Source of the DNA: Eledone cirrhosa
Lineage: Eukaryota
Assembly (NCBI GenBank): GCA_964016885.1
Contig: OZ024741.1
Coordinates: 209,560,001 to 209,624,000 of the forward strand
Direction of reading: 5' to 3'
DNA length: 64,000 nt
The position numbers and the translations under genes were made by a program. Under the pieces are notes generated by a model. It worked only from the letters and a program-made list of their open reading frames with translations. It did not search any database and had not been told where the DNA came from. Of the stretch, positions 25,501 to 39,700 are shown in pieces. Every line of letters starts with the position of its first letter. The stretch's first letter is position 1.

Positions 25501-28500
25501 ACCTAACTTAACCCCAACTTAACTTAACCGCAACTTAACTTAACCGCAACTTAGCTTAACCCCAACCCTTGGTGGGATCGATCTGTAATTACTGGTACAT
25601 GTGCAGACACTCATTGGCTGTGTGTGGCCTGATTTTCAGAAAGATATCTCCGTAAAATAACGAGTGGTGGCTGCGTAAAATAATGAATTACGCACGAAAA
25701 TGAGAAAATTTCGATTCTCGATCGTGGGCCGGCCGGATGTCGGATCGATTCGTAAATACAAGGATAATGTGCGGACACTCCTTGGCTGTGTGCGGCATGA
25801 TTTTCAGGACGATATCTCCGTAAAATCAAGCGTTGATAACCCCAACTTAACTTAACCCCAACTTAACTTAACCGCAACTTAACTTAACCGCAACCTAACT
25901 TAACCCCAACTTAACTTAACCGCAACCTAACTTAACCCCAACTTAACTTAACCGCAACTTAACTTAACCCCAACCTAACTTAACCCCAACTTAACTTAAC
26001 CGCAACTTAACTTAACCGCAACCTAACTTAACCCTAACTTAACCGCAACTTAACTTAACCGCAACTTAGCTTAACCCCAACCCTTGGTGGGATCGATCTG
26101 TAATTACTGGTACATGTGCAGACACTCATTGGCTGTGTGTGGCCTGATTTTCAGAAAGATGTCTCCGTAAAATAACGAGTGGTGGCTGCGTAAATTAATG
26201 AATTACGCACGAAAATGAGAAAATTTCGATTCTCGATCGTGGGCCGGCCGGATGTCGGATCGATTCGTAAATACAATGATAATGTGCGGACACTCCTTGC
26301 CTGTGTGCCGCATGATTTTCAGGACGATATCTCCGTAAAATCAAGAGTTGATAACCCCAACTTAACTTAACCCCAACTTAACTTAACCGCAACTTAACTT
26401 AACCGCAACCTAACTTAACCCCAACTTAACTTAACCGCAACCTAACTTAACCCCAACTTAACTTAACCGCAACTTAACTTAACCCCAACCTAACTTAACC
26501 CCAACTTAACTTAACCGCAACTTAACTTAACCGCAACCTAACTTAACCCCAACTTAACTTAACCGCAACTTAACTTAACCGCAACTTAGCTTAACCCCAA
26601 CCCTTGGTGCGATCGATCTGTAATTACTGGTACATGTGCAGACACTCATTGGCTGTGTGTGGCCTGATTTTCAGAAAGATATCTCCGTAAAATAACGAGT
26701 GGTGGCTGCGTAAAATAATGAATTACACACGAAAATGAGAAAATTTCGATTCTCGATCGTGGGCCGGCCGGATGTCGGATCGATTCGTAAATACAAGGAT
26801 AATGTGCGGACACTCCTTGGCTGTGTGCGGCATGATTTTCAGGACGATATTTCCGTAAAATCAAGAGTTGATAACCCCAACTTAACTTAACCCCAACTTA
26901 ACTTAACCCCAACTTAACTTAACCGCAACCTAACTTAACCCCAACTTAACTTAACCCCAACCTAACTTAACCCCAACTTAACTTAACCGCAACTTAACTT
27001 AACCGCAACCTAACTTAACCCCAGCTTAACTTAACCGCAACTTAACTTAACCGCAACTTAGCTTAACCCCAACTCTTGGTGGGATCGATCTGTAATTACT
27101 GGTACATGTGCAGACACTCATTGGCTGTGTGTGGCCTGATTTTCAGAAAGATATCTCCGTAAAATAACGAGTGGTGGCTGCGTAAAATAATGAATTACGC
27201 ACGAAAATGAGAAAATTTCGATTCTCGATCGTGGGCCGGCCGGATGTCGGATCGATTCGTAAATACAAGGATAATGTGCGGACACTCCTTGGCTGTGTGC
27301 GGCATGATTTTCAGGACGATATCTCCGTAAAATCAAGAGTTGATAACCCCAACTTAACTTAACCGCAACTTAACTTAACCGCAACCTAACTTAACCCCAA
27401 CTTAACTTAACTGCAACCTAACTTAACCCAAACTTAACTTAACCGCAACTTAACTTAACCCCAACCTAACTTAACCCCAACTTAACTTAACCGCAACTTA
27501 ACTTAACCGCAACCTAACTTAACCCCAACTTAACTTAACCGCAACTTAACCCCAACTTAGCTTAACCCCAACCCTTGGTGGGATCGATCTGTAATTACTG
27601 GTACATGTGCAGACACTCATTGGCTGTGTGTGGCCTGATTTTTAGAAAGATATCTCCGTAAAATAACGAGTGGTGGCTGCGTAAAATAATGAATTACGCA
27701 CGAAAATGAGAAAATTTCGATTCTCGATCGTGGGCCGGCCGGATGTCGGATCGATTCGTAAATACAAGGATAATGTGCGGACACTCCTTGGCTGTGTGCG
27801 GCATGATTTTCAGGACGATATCTCCGTAAAATCAAGAGTTGATAACCCCAACTAAACTTAACCCCAACTTAACTTAACCGCAACTTTACTTAACCGCAAC
27901 CTAACTTAACCCCAACTTAACTTAACCGCAACCTAACTTAACCCCAACTTAACTTAACCGCAACTTAACTTAACCCCAACCTAAATTAACTCCAACTTAA
28001 CTTAACCGCAACTTAACTTAACCGCAACCTAACTTAACCCCAACTTAATTTAACCGCAACTTAACTTAACCGCAACTTAGCTTAACCCCAGCCCTTGGTG
28101 GGATCGATCTGTAATTACTGGTACATGTGCAGACACTCATTGGCTGTGTGTGGCCTGATTTTCAGAAAGATATCTCCGTAAAATAACGAGTGGTGGCTGC
28201 GTAAAATAATGAATTACGCACGAAAATGAGAAAATTTCGATTCTCAATCGTGGGCCGGCCGGATGTCGCATCGATTCGTAAATAGAAGGATAATGTGCGG
28301 ACACTCCTTGGCTGTGTGCGGCATGATTTTCAGGACGATATTTCCGTAAAATCAAGAGTTGATAACCCCAACTTAACTTAACCCCAACTTAACTTAACCC
28401 CAACTTAACTTAACCCCAACTTAACTTAACCGCAACTTAACTTAACCGCAACCTAACTTAACCCCAACTTAACTTAACCGCAACCTAACTTAACCACAAC

Positions 28501-31500
28501 TTAACTTAACCGCAACTTAACTTAACCCCAACCTAACTTAACCCCAACTTAACTTAACCGCAACTTAACTTAACCGCAACCTAACTTAACCCCAACTTAA
28601 CTTAACCGCAACTTAACTTAACCGCAACTTAGCTTAACCCCAACCCTTGGTGGGATCGATCTGTAATTACTGGTACATGTGCAGACACTCATTGGCTGTG
28701 TGTGGCCTGATTTTCAGAAAGATATCTCCGTAAAATAACGAGTGGTGGCTGCGTAAAATAATGAATTACGCACGAAAATGAGAAAATTTCGATTCTCGAT
28801 TGTGGGCCGGCCGGATGTCGGATCGATTCGTAAATACAAGGATAATGTGCGGACACTCCTTGGCTGTGTGCGGCATGATTTTCAGGACGATATCTCCGTA
28901 AAATCAAGAGTTGATAACCCCAACTTAACTTAACCCCAACTTAACTTAACCGCAACTTAACTTAACCGCAACCTAACTTAACCCCAACTTAACTTAACCG
29001 CAACCTAACTTAACCCCAACTTAACTTAACCGCAACTTAACTTAACCCCAACCTAACTTAACCCCAACTTAACTTAACCGCAACTTAACTTAACCGCAAC
29101 CTAACTTAACCCTAACTTAACTTAACCGCAACTTAACTTAACCGCAACTTAGCTTAACCCCAACCCTTGGTGGGATCGATCTGTAATTACTGGTACATGT
29201 GCAGACACTCATTGGCTGTGTGTGGCCTGATTTTCAGAAAGATATCTCCGTAAAATAACGAGTGGTGGCTGCGTAAATTAATGAATTACGCACGAAAATG
29301 AGAAAATTTCGATTCTCGATCGTGGGCCGGCCGGATGTCGGATCGATTCGTAAATACAAGGATAATGTGCGGACACTCCTTGCCTGTGTGCCGCATGATT
29401 TTCAGGACGATATCTCCGTAAAATCAAGAGTTGATAACCCCAACTTAACTTAACCCCAACTTAACTTAACCGCAACTTAACTGAACCGCAACCTAACTTA
29501 ACCCCAACTTAACTTAACCGCAACCTAACTTAACCCCAACTTAACTTAACCGCAACTTAACTTAACCCCAACCTAACTTAACTCCAACTTAACTTAACCG
29601 CAACTTAACTTAACCGCAACCTAACTTAACCCCAACTTAACTTAACCGCAACTTAACTTAACCGCAACTTAGCTTAACCCCAACCCTTGGTGGGATCGAT
29701 CTGTAATTACTGGTACATGTGCAGACACTCATTGGCTGTGTGTGGCCTGATTTTCAGAAAGATATCTCCGTAAAATAACGAGTGGTGGCTGCGTAAATAA
29801 TGAATTACGCACGAAAATGAGAAAGTTTCGATTCTCGATCGTGGGCCGGCCGGATGTCGGATCGATTCGTAAATACAAGGATAATGTGCGGACACTCCTT
29901 GGCTGTGTGCGGCATGATTTTCAGGACGATATCTCCGTAAAATCAAGAGTTGATAACCCCAACTTGACTTAACCGCAACTTAACTTAACCGCAACCTAAC
30001 TTAACCCTAACTTAACTTAACCGCAACTTAACTTAACCGCAACTTAGCTTAACCCCAACCCTTGGTGGGATCGATCTGTAATTACTGGTACATGTGCAGA
30101 CACTCATTGGCTGTGTGTGGCCTGATTTTCAGAAAGATATCTCCGTAAAATAACGAGTGGTGGCTGCGTAAAATAATGAATTACGCACGAAAATGAGAAA
30201 ATTTCGATTCTCGATCGTGGGCCGGCCGGATGTCGGATCGATTCGTAAATACAAGGATAATGTGCGGACACTCCTTGCCTGTGTGCCGCATGATTTTCAG
30301 GACGATTTCTCCGTAAAATCAAGAGTTGATAACCCCAACTTAACTTAACCCCAACTTAACTTAACCGCAACTTAACTTAACCGCAACCTAACTTAACCCC
30401 AACTTAACTTAACCGCAACCTAACTTAACCCCAACTTAACTTAACCGCAACTTAACTTAACCCCAACCTAACTTAACCCCAACTTAACTTAACCGCAACT
30501 TAACTTAACCGCAACCTAACTTAACCCCAACTTAACTTAACCGCAACTTAACTTAACCGCAACTTAGCTTAACCCCAACCCTTGGTGGGATCGATCTGTA
30601 ATTACTGGTACATGTGCAGACACTCATTGGCTGTGTGTGGCCTGATTTTCAGAAAGATATCTCCGTAAAATAACGAGTGGTGGCTGCGTAAAATAATGAA
30701 TTACGCACGAAAATGAGAAAATTTCGATTCTCGATCGTGGGCCGGCCGGATGTCGGATCGATTCGTAAATACAAGGATAATGTGCGGACACTCCTTGGCT
30801 GTGTGCGGCATGATTTTCAGGACGATATCTCCGTAAAATCAAGCGTTGATAACCCCAACTTAACTTAACCCCAACTTAACTTAACCGCAACTTAACTTAA
30901 CCGCAACCTAACTTAACCCCAACTTAACTTAACCGCAACCTAACTTAACCCCAACTTAACTTAACCGCAACTTAACTTAACCCCAACCTAACTTAACCCC
31001 AACTTAACTTAACCGCAACTTAACTTAACCGCAACCTAACTTAACCCTAACTTAACCGCAACTTAACTTAACCGCAACTTAGCTTAACCCCAACCCTTGG
31101 TGGGATCGATCTGTAATTACTGGTACATGTGCAGACACTCATTGGCTGTGTGTGGCCTGATTTTCAGAAAGATGTCTCCGTAAAATAACGAGTGGTGGCT
31201 GCGTAAATTAATGAATTACGCACGAAAATGAGAAAATTTCGATTCTCGATCGTGGGCCGGCCGGATGTCGGATCGATTCGTAAATACAATGATAATGTGC
31301 GGACACTCCTTGCCTGTGTGCCGCATGATTTTCAGGACGATATCTCCGTAAAATCAAGAGTTGATAACCCCAACTTAACTTAACCCCAACTTAACTTAAC
31401 CGCAACTTAACTTAACCGCAACCTAACTTAACCCCAACTTAACTTAACCGCAACCTAACTTAACCCCAACTTAACTTAACCGCAACTTAACTTAACCCCA

Positions 31501-31620
31501 ACCTAACTTAACCCCAACTTAACTTAACCGCAACTTAACTTAACCGCAACCTAACTTAACCCCAACTTAACTTAACCGCAACTTAACTTAACCGCAACTT
31601 AGCTTAACCCCAACCCTTGG
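16580..31620. repeat. 5013-bp (10-monomer) higher-order repeat, three tandem copies
   Basis: Monomer lengths 472+499+520+552+520+520+375+520+515+520=5013. The marker GTGCGATC lies at 16584/21597/26610, the frameshifted core at 19681/24694/29707, and the TCTCAATC core at 18111/23124/28137. Confidence 0.95.
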
Positions 31621-33720
31621 TGGGATCGATCTGTAATTACTGGTACATGTGCAGACACTCATTGGCTGTGTGTGGCCTGATTTTCAGAAAGATATCTCCG
31701 TAAAATAACGAGTGGTGGCTGCGTAAAATAATGAATTACGCACGAAAATGAGAAAATTTCGATTCTCGATCGTGGGCCGGCCGGATGTCGGATCGATTCG
31801 TAAATACAAGGATAATCTGCGGACACTCCTTGGCTGTGTGCGGCATGATTTTCAGGACGATATCTCCGTAAAATCAAGAGTTGATAACCCCAACTTAACT
31901 TAACCCCAACTTAACTTAACCGCAACTTAACTTAACCGCAACCTAACTTAACCCCAACTTAACTTAACCGCAACCTAACTTAACCCCAACTTAACTTAAC
32001 CGCAACCTAACTTAACCCCAACTTAACTTAACCGCAACTTAACTTAACCCCAACCTAACTTAACCCCAACTTAACTTAACGGCAACTTAACTTAACCGCA
32101 ACCTAACTTAACCCCAACTTAACTTAACCGCAACTTAACTTAACCGCAACTTAGCTTAACCCCAACCCTTGGTGGGATCGATCTGTAATTACTGGTACAT
32201 GTGCAGACACTCATTGGCTGTGTGTGGCCTGATTTTCAGAAAGATATCTCCGTAAAATAACGAGTGGTGGCTGCGTAAAATAATGAATTACGCACGAAAA
32301 TGAGAAAATTTCGATTCTCGATCGTGGGCCGGCCGGATGTCGGATCGATTCGTAAATACAAGGATAATGTGCGGACACTCCTTGGCTGTGTGCGGCATGA
32401 TTTTCAGGACGATATCTCCGTAAAATCAAGAGTTGATAACCCCAACTTAACTTAACCCCAACTTAACTTAACCGCAACTTAACTTAACCGCAACCTAACT
32501 TAACCCCAACTTAACTTAACCGCAACCTAACTTAAATCAAACTTAACTTAACCGCAACTTAACTTAACCCCAACCTAACTTAACCCCAACTTAACTTAAC
32601 CGCAACTTAACTTAACCGCAACCTAACTTAACCCCAACTTAACTTAACCGCAACTTAACTTAACCGCAACTTAGCTTAACCCCAACCCTTGGTGGGATCG
32701 ATCTGTAATTACTGGTACATGTGCAGACACTCATTGGCTGTGTGTGGCCTGATTTTCAGAAAGATATCTCCGTAAAATAACGAGTGGTGGCTGCGTAAAA
32801 TAATGAATTACGCACGAAAATGAGAAAATTTCGATTCTCGATCGTGGGCCGGCCGGATGTCGGATCGATTCGTAAATACAAGGATAATCTGCGGACACTC
32901 CTTGGCTGTGTGCGGCATGATTTTCAGGACGATATCTCCGTAAAATCAAGAGTTGATAACCCCAACTTAACTTAACCCCAACTTAACTTAACCGCAACTT
33001 AACTTAACCGCAACCTAACTTAACCCCAACTTAACTTAACCGCAACCTAACTTAACCCCAACTTAACTTAACCGCAACCTAACTTAACCCCAACTTAACT
33101 TAACCGCAACTTAACTTAACCCCAACCTAACTTAACCCCAACTTAACTTAACGGCAACTTAACTTAACCGCAACCTAACTTAACCCCAACTTAACTTAAC
33201 CGCAACTTAACTTAACCGCAACTTAGCTTAACCCCAACCCTTGGTGGGATCGATCTGTAATTACTGGTACATGTGCAGACACTCATTGGCTGTGTGTGGC
33301 CTGATTTTCAGAAAGATATCTCCGTAAAATAACGAGTGGTGGCTGCGTAAAATAATGAATTACGCACGAAAATGAGAAAATTTCGATTCTCGATCGTGGG
33401 CCGGCCGGATGTCGGATCGATTCGTAAATACAAGGATAATGTGCGGACACTCCTTGGCTGTGTGCGGCATGATTTTCAGGACGATATCTCCGTAAAATCA
33501 AGAGTTGATAACCCCAACTTAACTTAACCCCAACTTAACTTAACCGCAACTTAACTTAACCGCAACCTAACTTAACCCCAACTTAACTTAACCGCAACCT
33601 AACTTAAATCAAACTTAACTTAACCGCAACTTAACTTAACCCCAACCTAACTTAACCCCAACTTAACTTAACCGCAACTTAACTTAACCGCAACCTAACT
33701 TAACCCCAACTTAACTTAAC
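31620..33720. repeat. 1072-bp (552+520) dimer duplication
   Basis: GATAATCTGC variant cores at 31659 and 32731; CTTAAATCAA variant at ~32531 and ~33603; AACGGCAAC variant in both copies. Confidence 0.92.
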
Positions 33721-36700
33721 CGCAACTTAACCCCAACTTAGCTTAACCCCAACCCTTGGTGGGATCGATCTGTAATTACTGGTACATGTGCAGACACTCA
33801 TTGGCTGTGTGTGGCCTGATTTTTAGAAAGATATCTCCGTAAAATAACGAGTGGTGGCTGCGTAAAATAATGAATTACGCACGAAAATGAGAAAATTTCG
33901 ATTCTCGATCGTGGGCCGGCCGGATGTCGGATCGATTCGTAAATACAAGGATAATGTGCGGACACTCCTTGGCTGTGTGCGGCATGATTTTCAGGACGAT
34001 ATCTCCGTAAAATCAAGAGTTGATAACCCCAACTTAACTTAACCCCAACTTAACTTAACCGCAACTTTACTTAACCGCAACCTAACTTAACCCCAACTTA
34101 ACTTAACCGCAACCTAACTTAGCCCCAACTTAACTTAACCCCAACTTAACTTAACCCCAACCTAACTTAACCCCAACTTAACTTAACCGCAACTTAACTT
34201 AACCGCAACCTAACTTAACCCCAACTTAAATTAACCGCAACTTAACTTAACCGCAACTTAGCTTAACCCCAACCCTTGGTGGGATCGATCTGTAATTACT
34301 GGTACATGTGCAGACACTCATTGGCTGTGTGTGGCCTGATTTTCAGAAAGATATCTCCGTAAAATAACGAGTGGTGGCTGCGTAAAATAATGAATTACGC
34401 ACGAAAATGAGAAAATTTCGATTCTCGATCGTGGGCCGGCCGGATGTCGGATCGATTCGTAAATACAAGGATAATGTGCGGACACTCCTTGCCTGTGTGC
34501 CGCATGATTTTCAGGACGATATCTCCGTAAAATCAAGAGTTGATAACCCCAACTTAACTTAACCCCAACTTAACTTAACCGCAACTTAACTTAACCGCAA
34601 CCTAACTTAACCCCAACTTAACTTAACCGCAACCTAACTTAACCCCAACTTAACTTAACCGCAACTTAACTTAACCCCAACCTAACTTAACCCCAACTTA
34701 ACTTAACCGCAACTTAACTTAACCGCAACCTAACTTAACCCCAACTTAACTTAACCGCAACTTAACTTAACCGCAACTTAGCTTAACCCCAACCCTTGGT
34801 GGGATCGATCTGTAATTACTGGTACATGTGCAAACACTCATTGGCTGTGTGTGGCCTGATTTTCAGAAAGATATCTCCGTAAAATAACGAGTGGTGGCTG
34901 CGTAAAATAATGAATTACGCACGAAAATGAGAAAATTTCGATTCTCGATCGTGGGCCGGCCGGATGTCGGATCGATTCGTAAATACAAGGATAATGTGCG
35001 GACACTCCTTGGCTGTGTGCGGCATGATTTTCAGGACGATATCTCCGTAAAATCAAGCGTTGATAACCCCAACTTAACTTAACCCCAACTTAACTTAACC
35101 GCAACTTAACTTAACCGCAACGTAACTTAACCCCAACTTAACTTAACCGCAACCTAAATTAACCCCAACTTAACTTAACCGCAACTTAACTTAACCCCAA
35201 CCTAACTTAACCCCAACTTAACTTAACCGCAACTTAACTTAACCGCAACCTAACTTAACCCTAACTTAACTTAACCGCAACTTAACTTAACCGCAACTTA
35301 GCTTAACCCCAACCCTTGGTGGGATCGATCTGTAATTACTGGTACATGTGCAGACACTCATTGGCTGTGTGTGGCCTGATTTTCAGAAAGATGTCTCCGT
35401 AAAATAACGAGTGGTGGCTGCGTAAATTAATGAATTACGCACGAAAATGAGAAAATTTCGATTCTCGATCGTGGGCCGGCCGGATGTCGGATCGATTCGT
35501 AAATACAATGATAATGTGCGGACACTCCTTGCCTGTGTGCCGCATGATTTTCAGGACGATATCTCCGTAAAATCAAGAGTTGATAACCCCAACTTAACTT
35601 AACCCCAACTTAACTTAACCGCAACTTAACTTAACCGCAACCTAACTTAACCCCAACTTAACTTAACCGCAACCTAACTTAACCCCAACTTAACTTAACC
35701 GCAACTTAACTTAACCCCAACCTAACTTAACCCCAACTTAACTTAACCGCAACTTAACTTAACCGCAACCTAACTTAACCCCAACTTAACTTAACCGCAA
35801 CTTAACTTAACCGCAACTTAGCTTAACCCCAACCCTTGGTGGGATCGATCTGTAATTACTGGTACATGTGCAGACACTCATTGGCTGTGTGTGGCCTGAT
35901 TTTCAGAAAGATATCTCCGTAAAATAACGAGTGGTGGCTGCGTAAAATAATGAATTACGCACGAAAATGAGAAAATTTCGATTCTCGATCGTGGGCCGGC
36001 CGGATGTCGGATCGATTCGTAAATACAAGGATAATGTGCGGACACTCCTTGGCTGTGTGCGGCATGATTTTCAGGACGATATCTCCGTAAAATCAAGAGT
36101 TGATAACCCCAACTTAACTTAACCGCAACTTAACTTAACCGCAACCTAACTTAACCCCAACTTAACTTAACCGCAACTTAACTTAACCGCAACTTAGCTT
36201 AACCCCAACCCTTGGTGGGATCGATCTGTAATTACTGGTACATGTGCAGACACTCATTGGCTGTGTGTGGCCTGATTTTCAGAAAGATATCTCCGTAAAA
36301 TAACGAGTGGTGGCTGCGTAAAATAATGAATTACGCACGAAAATGAGAAAATTTCGATTCTCGATCGTGGGCCGGCCGGATGTCGGATCGATTCGTTAAT
36401 ACAAGGATAATGTGCGGACACTCCTTGCCTGTGTGCCGCATGATTTTCAGGACGATATCTCCGTAAAATCAAGAGTTGATAACCCCAACTTAACTTAACC
36501 CCAACTTAACTTAACCGCAACTTAACTTAACCGCAACCTAACTTAACCCCAACTTAACTTAACCGCAACCTAACTTAACCCCAACTTAACTTAACCGCAA
36601 CTTAACTTAACCCCAACCTAACTTAACCCCAACTTAACTTAACCGCAACTTAACTTAACCGCAACCTAACTTAACCCCAGCTTAACTTAACCGCAACTTA

Positions 36701-39700
36701 ACTTAACCGCAACTTAGCTTAACCCCAACTCTTGGTGGGATCGATCTGTAATTACTGGTACATGTGCAGACACTCATTGGCTGTGTGTGGCCTGATTTTC
36801 AGAAAGATATCTCCGTAAAATAACGAGTGGTGGCTGCGTAAAATAATGAATTACGCACGAAAATGAGAAAATTTCGATTCTCGATCGTGGGCCGGCCGGA
36901 TGTCGGATCGATTCGTAAATACAAGGATAATGTGCGGACACTCCTTGGCTGTGTGCGGCATGATTTTCAGGACGATATCTCCGTAAAATCAAGAGTTGAT
37001 AACCCCAACTTAACTTAACCCCAACTTAACTTAACCGCAACTTAACTTAACCGCAACCTAACTTAACCCCAACTTAACTTAACCGCAACCTAACTTAACC
37101 CAAACTTAACTTAACCGCAACTTAACTTAACCCCAACCTAACTTAACCCCAACTTAACTTAACCGCAACTTAACTTAACCGCAACCTAACTTAACCCCAA
37201 CTTAACTTAACCGCAACTTAACCCCAACTTAGCTTAACCCCAACCCTTGGTGGGATCGATCTGTAATTACTGGTACATGTGCAGACACTCATTGGCTGTG
37301 TGTGGCCTGATTTTTAGAAAGATATCTCCGTAAAATAACGAGTGGTGGCTGCGTAAAATAATGAATTACGCACGAAAATGAGAAAATTTCGATTCTCGAT
37401 CGTGGGCCGGCCGGATGTCGGATCGATTCGTAAATACAAGGATAATGTGCGGACACTCCTTGGCTGTGTGCGGCATGATTTTCAGGACGATATCTCCGTA
37501 AAATCAAGAGTTGATAACCCCAACTTAACTTAACCCCAACTTAACTTAACCGCAACTTAACTTAACCGCAACCTAACTTAACCCCAACTTAACTTAACCG
37601 CAACCTAACTTAACCCCAACTTAACTTAACCGCAACTTAACTTAACCCCAACCTAACTTAACCCCAACTTAACTTAACCGCAACTTAACTTAACCGCAAC
37701 CTAACTTAACCCCAACTTAACTTAACCGCAACTTAACTTAACCGCAACTTAGCTTAACCCCAACCCTTGGTGGGATCGATCTGTAATTACTGGTACATGT
37801 GCAGACACTCATTGGCTGTGTGTGGCCTGATTTTCAGAAAGATATCTCCGTAAAATAACGAGTGGTGGCTGCGTAAAATAATGAATTACGCACGAAAATG
37901 AGAAAATTTCGATTCTCGATCGTGGGCCGGCCGGATGTCGGATCGATTCGTAAATACAAGGATAATGTGCGGACACTCCTTGGCTGTGAGCCGCATGATT
38001 TTCAGGACGATATCTCCGTAAAATCAAGAGTTGATAACCCCAACTTAACTTAACCCCAACTTAACTTAACCGCAACTTAACTTAACCGCAACCTAACTTA
38101 ACCCCAACTTAACTTAACCGCAACCTAACTTAACCCCAACTTAACTTAACCGCAACTTAACTTAACCCCAACCTAACTTAACCCCAACTTAACTTAACGG
38201 CAACTTAACTTAACCGCAACCTAACTTAACCCCAACTTAACTTAACCGCAACTTAACTTAACCGCAACTTAGCTTAACCCCAACCCTTGGTGGGATCGAT
38301 CTGTAATTACTGGTACATGTGCAGACACTCATTGGCTGTGTGTGGCCTGATTTTCAGAAAGATATCTCCGTAAAATAACGAGTGGTGGCTGCGTAAAATA
38401 ATGAATTACGCACGAAAATGAGAAAATTTCGATTCTCGATCGTGGGCCGGCCGGATGTCGGATCGATTCGTAAATACAAGGATAATGTGCGGACACTCCT
38501 TGGCTGTGTGCGGCATGATTTTCAGGACGATATCTCCGTAAAATCAAGAGTTGATAACCCCAACTTAACTTAACCCCAACTTAACTTAATCGCAACTTAA
38601 CTTAACCGCAACCTAACTTAACCCCAACTTAACTTAACCGCAACCTAACTTAACCCCAACTTAACTTAACCGCAACTTAACTTAACCCCAACCTAACTTA
38701 ACCCCAACTTAACTTAACCGCAACTTAACTTAACCGCAACCTAACTTAACCCCAACTTAACTTAACCGCAACTTAACTTAACCGCAACTTAGCTTAACCC
38801 CAACCCTTGGTGGGATCGATCTGTAATTACTGGTACATGTGCAGACACTCATTGGCTGTGTGTGGCCTGATTTTCAGAAAGATATCTCCGTAAAATAACG
38901 AGTGGTGGCTGCGTAAAATAATGAATTACGCACGAAAATGAGAAAATTTCGATTCTCGATCGTGGGCCGGCCGGATGTCGGATCGATTCGTAAATACAAG
39001 GATAATGTGCGGACACTCCTTGGCTGTGTGCGGCATGATTTTCAGGACGATATCTCCGTAAAATCAAGAGTTGATAACCCCAACTTAACTTAACCCCAAC
39101 TTAACTTAACCGCAACTTAACTTAACCGCAACCTAACTTAACCCCAACTTAACTTAACCGCAACCTAACTTAACCCCAACTTAACTTAACCGCAACTTAA
39201 CTTAACCCCAACTTAACTTAACCCCAACTTAACTTAACCGCAACTTAACTTAACCGCAACCTAACTTAACCCCAACTTAACTTAACCGCAACTTAACTTA
39301 ACCGCAACTTAGCTTAACCCCAACCCTTGGTGGGATCGATCTGTAATTACTGGTATATGTGCAGACACTCATTGGCTGTGTGTGGCCTGATTTTCAGAAA
39401 GATATCTCCGTAAAATAACGAGTGGTGGCTGCGTAAAATAATGAATTACGCACGAAAATGAGAAAATTTCCATTCTCGATCGTGGGCCGGCCGGATGTCG
39501 GATCGATTCGTAAATACAAGGATAATGTGCGGACACTCCTTGGCTGTGTGCGGCATGATTTTCAGGACGATATCTCCGTAAAATCAAGAGTTGATAACCC
39601 CAACTTAACTTAACCCCAACTTAACTTAACCGCAACTTAACTTAACCGCAACCTAACTTAACCCCAACTTAACTTAACCGCAACCTAACTTAACCCCAAC

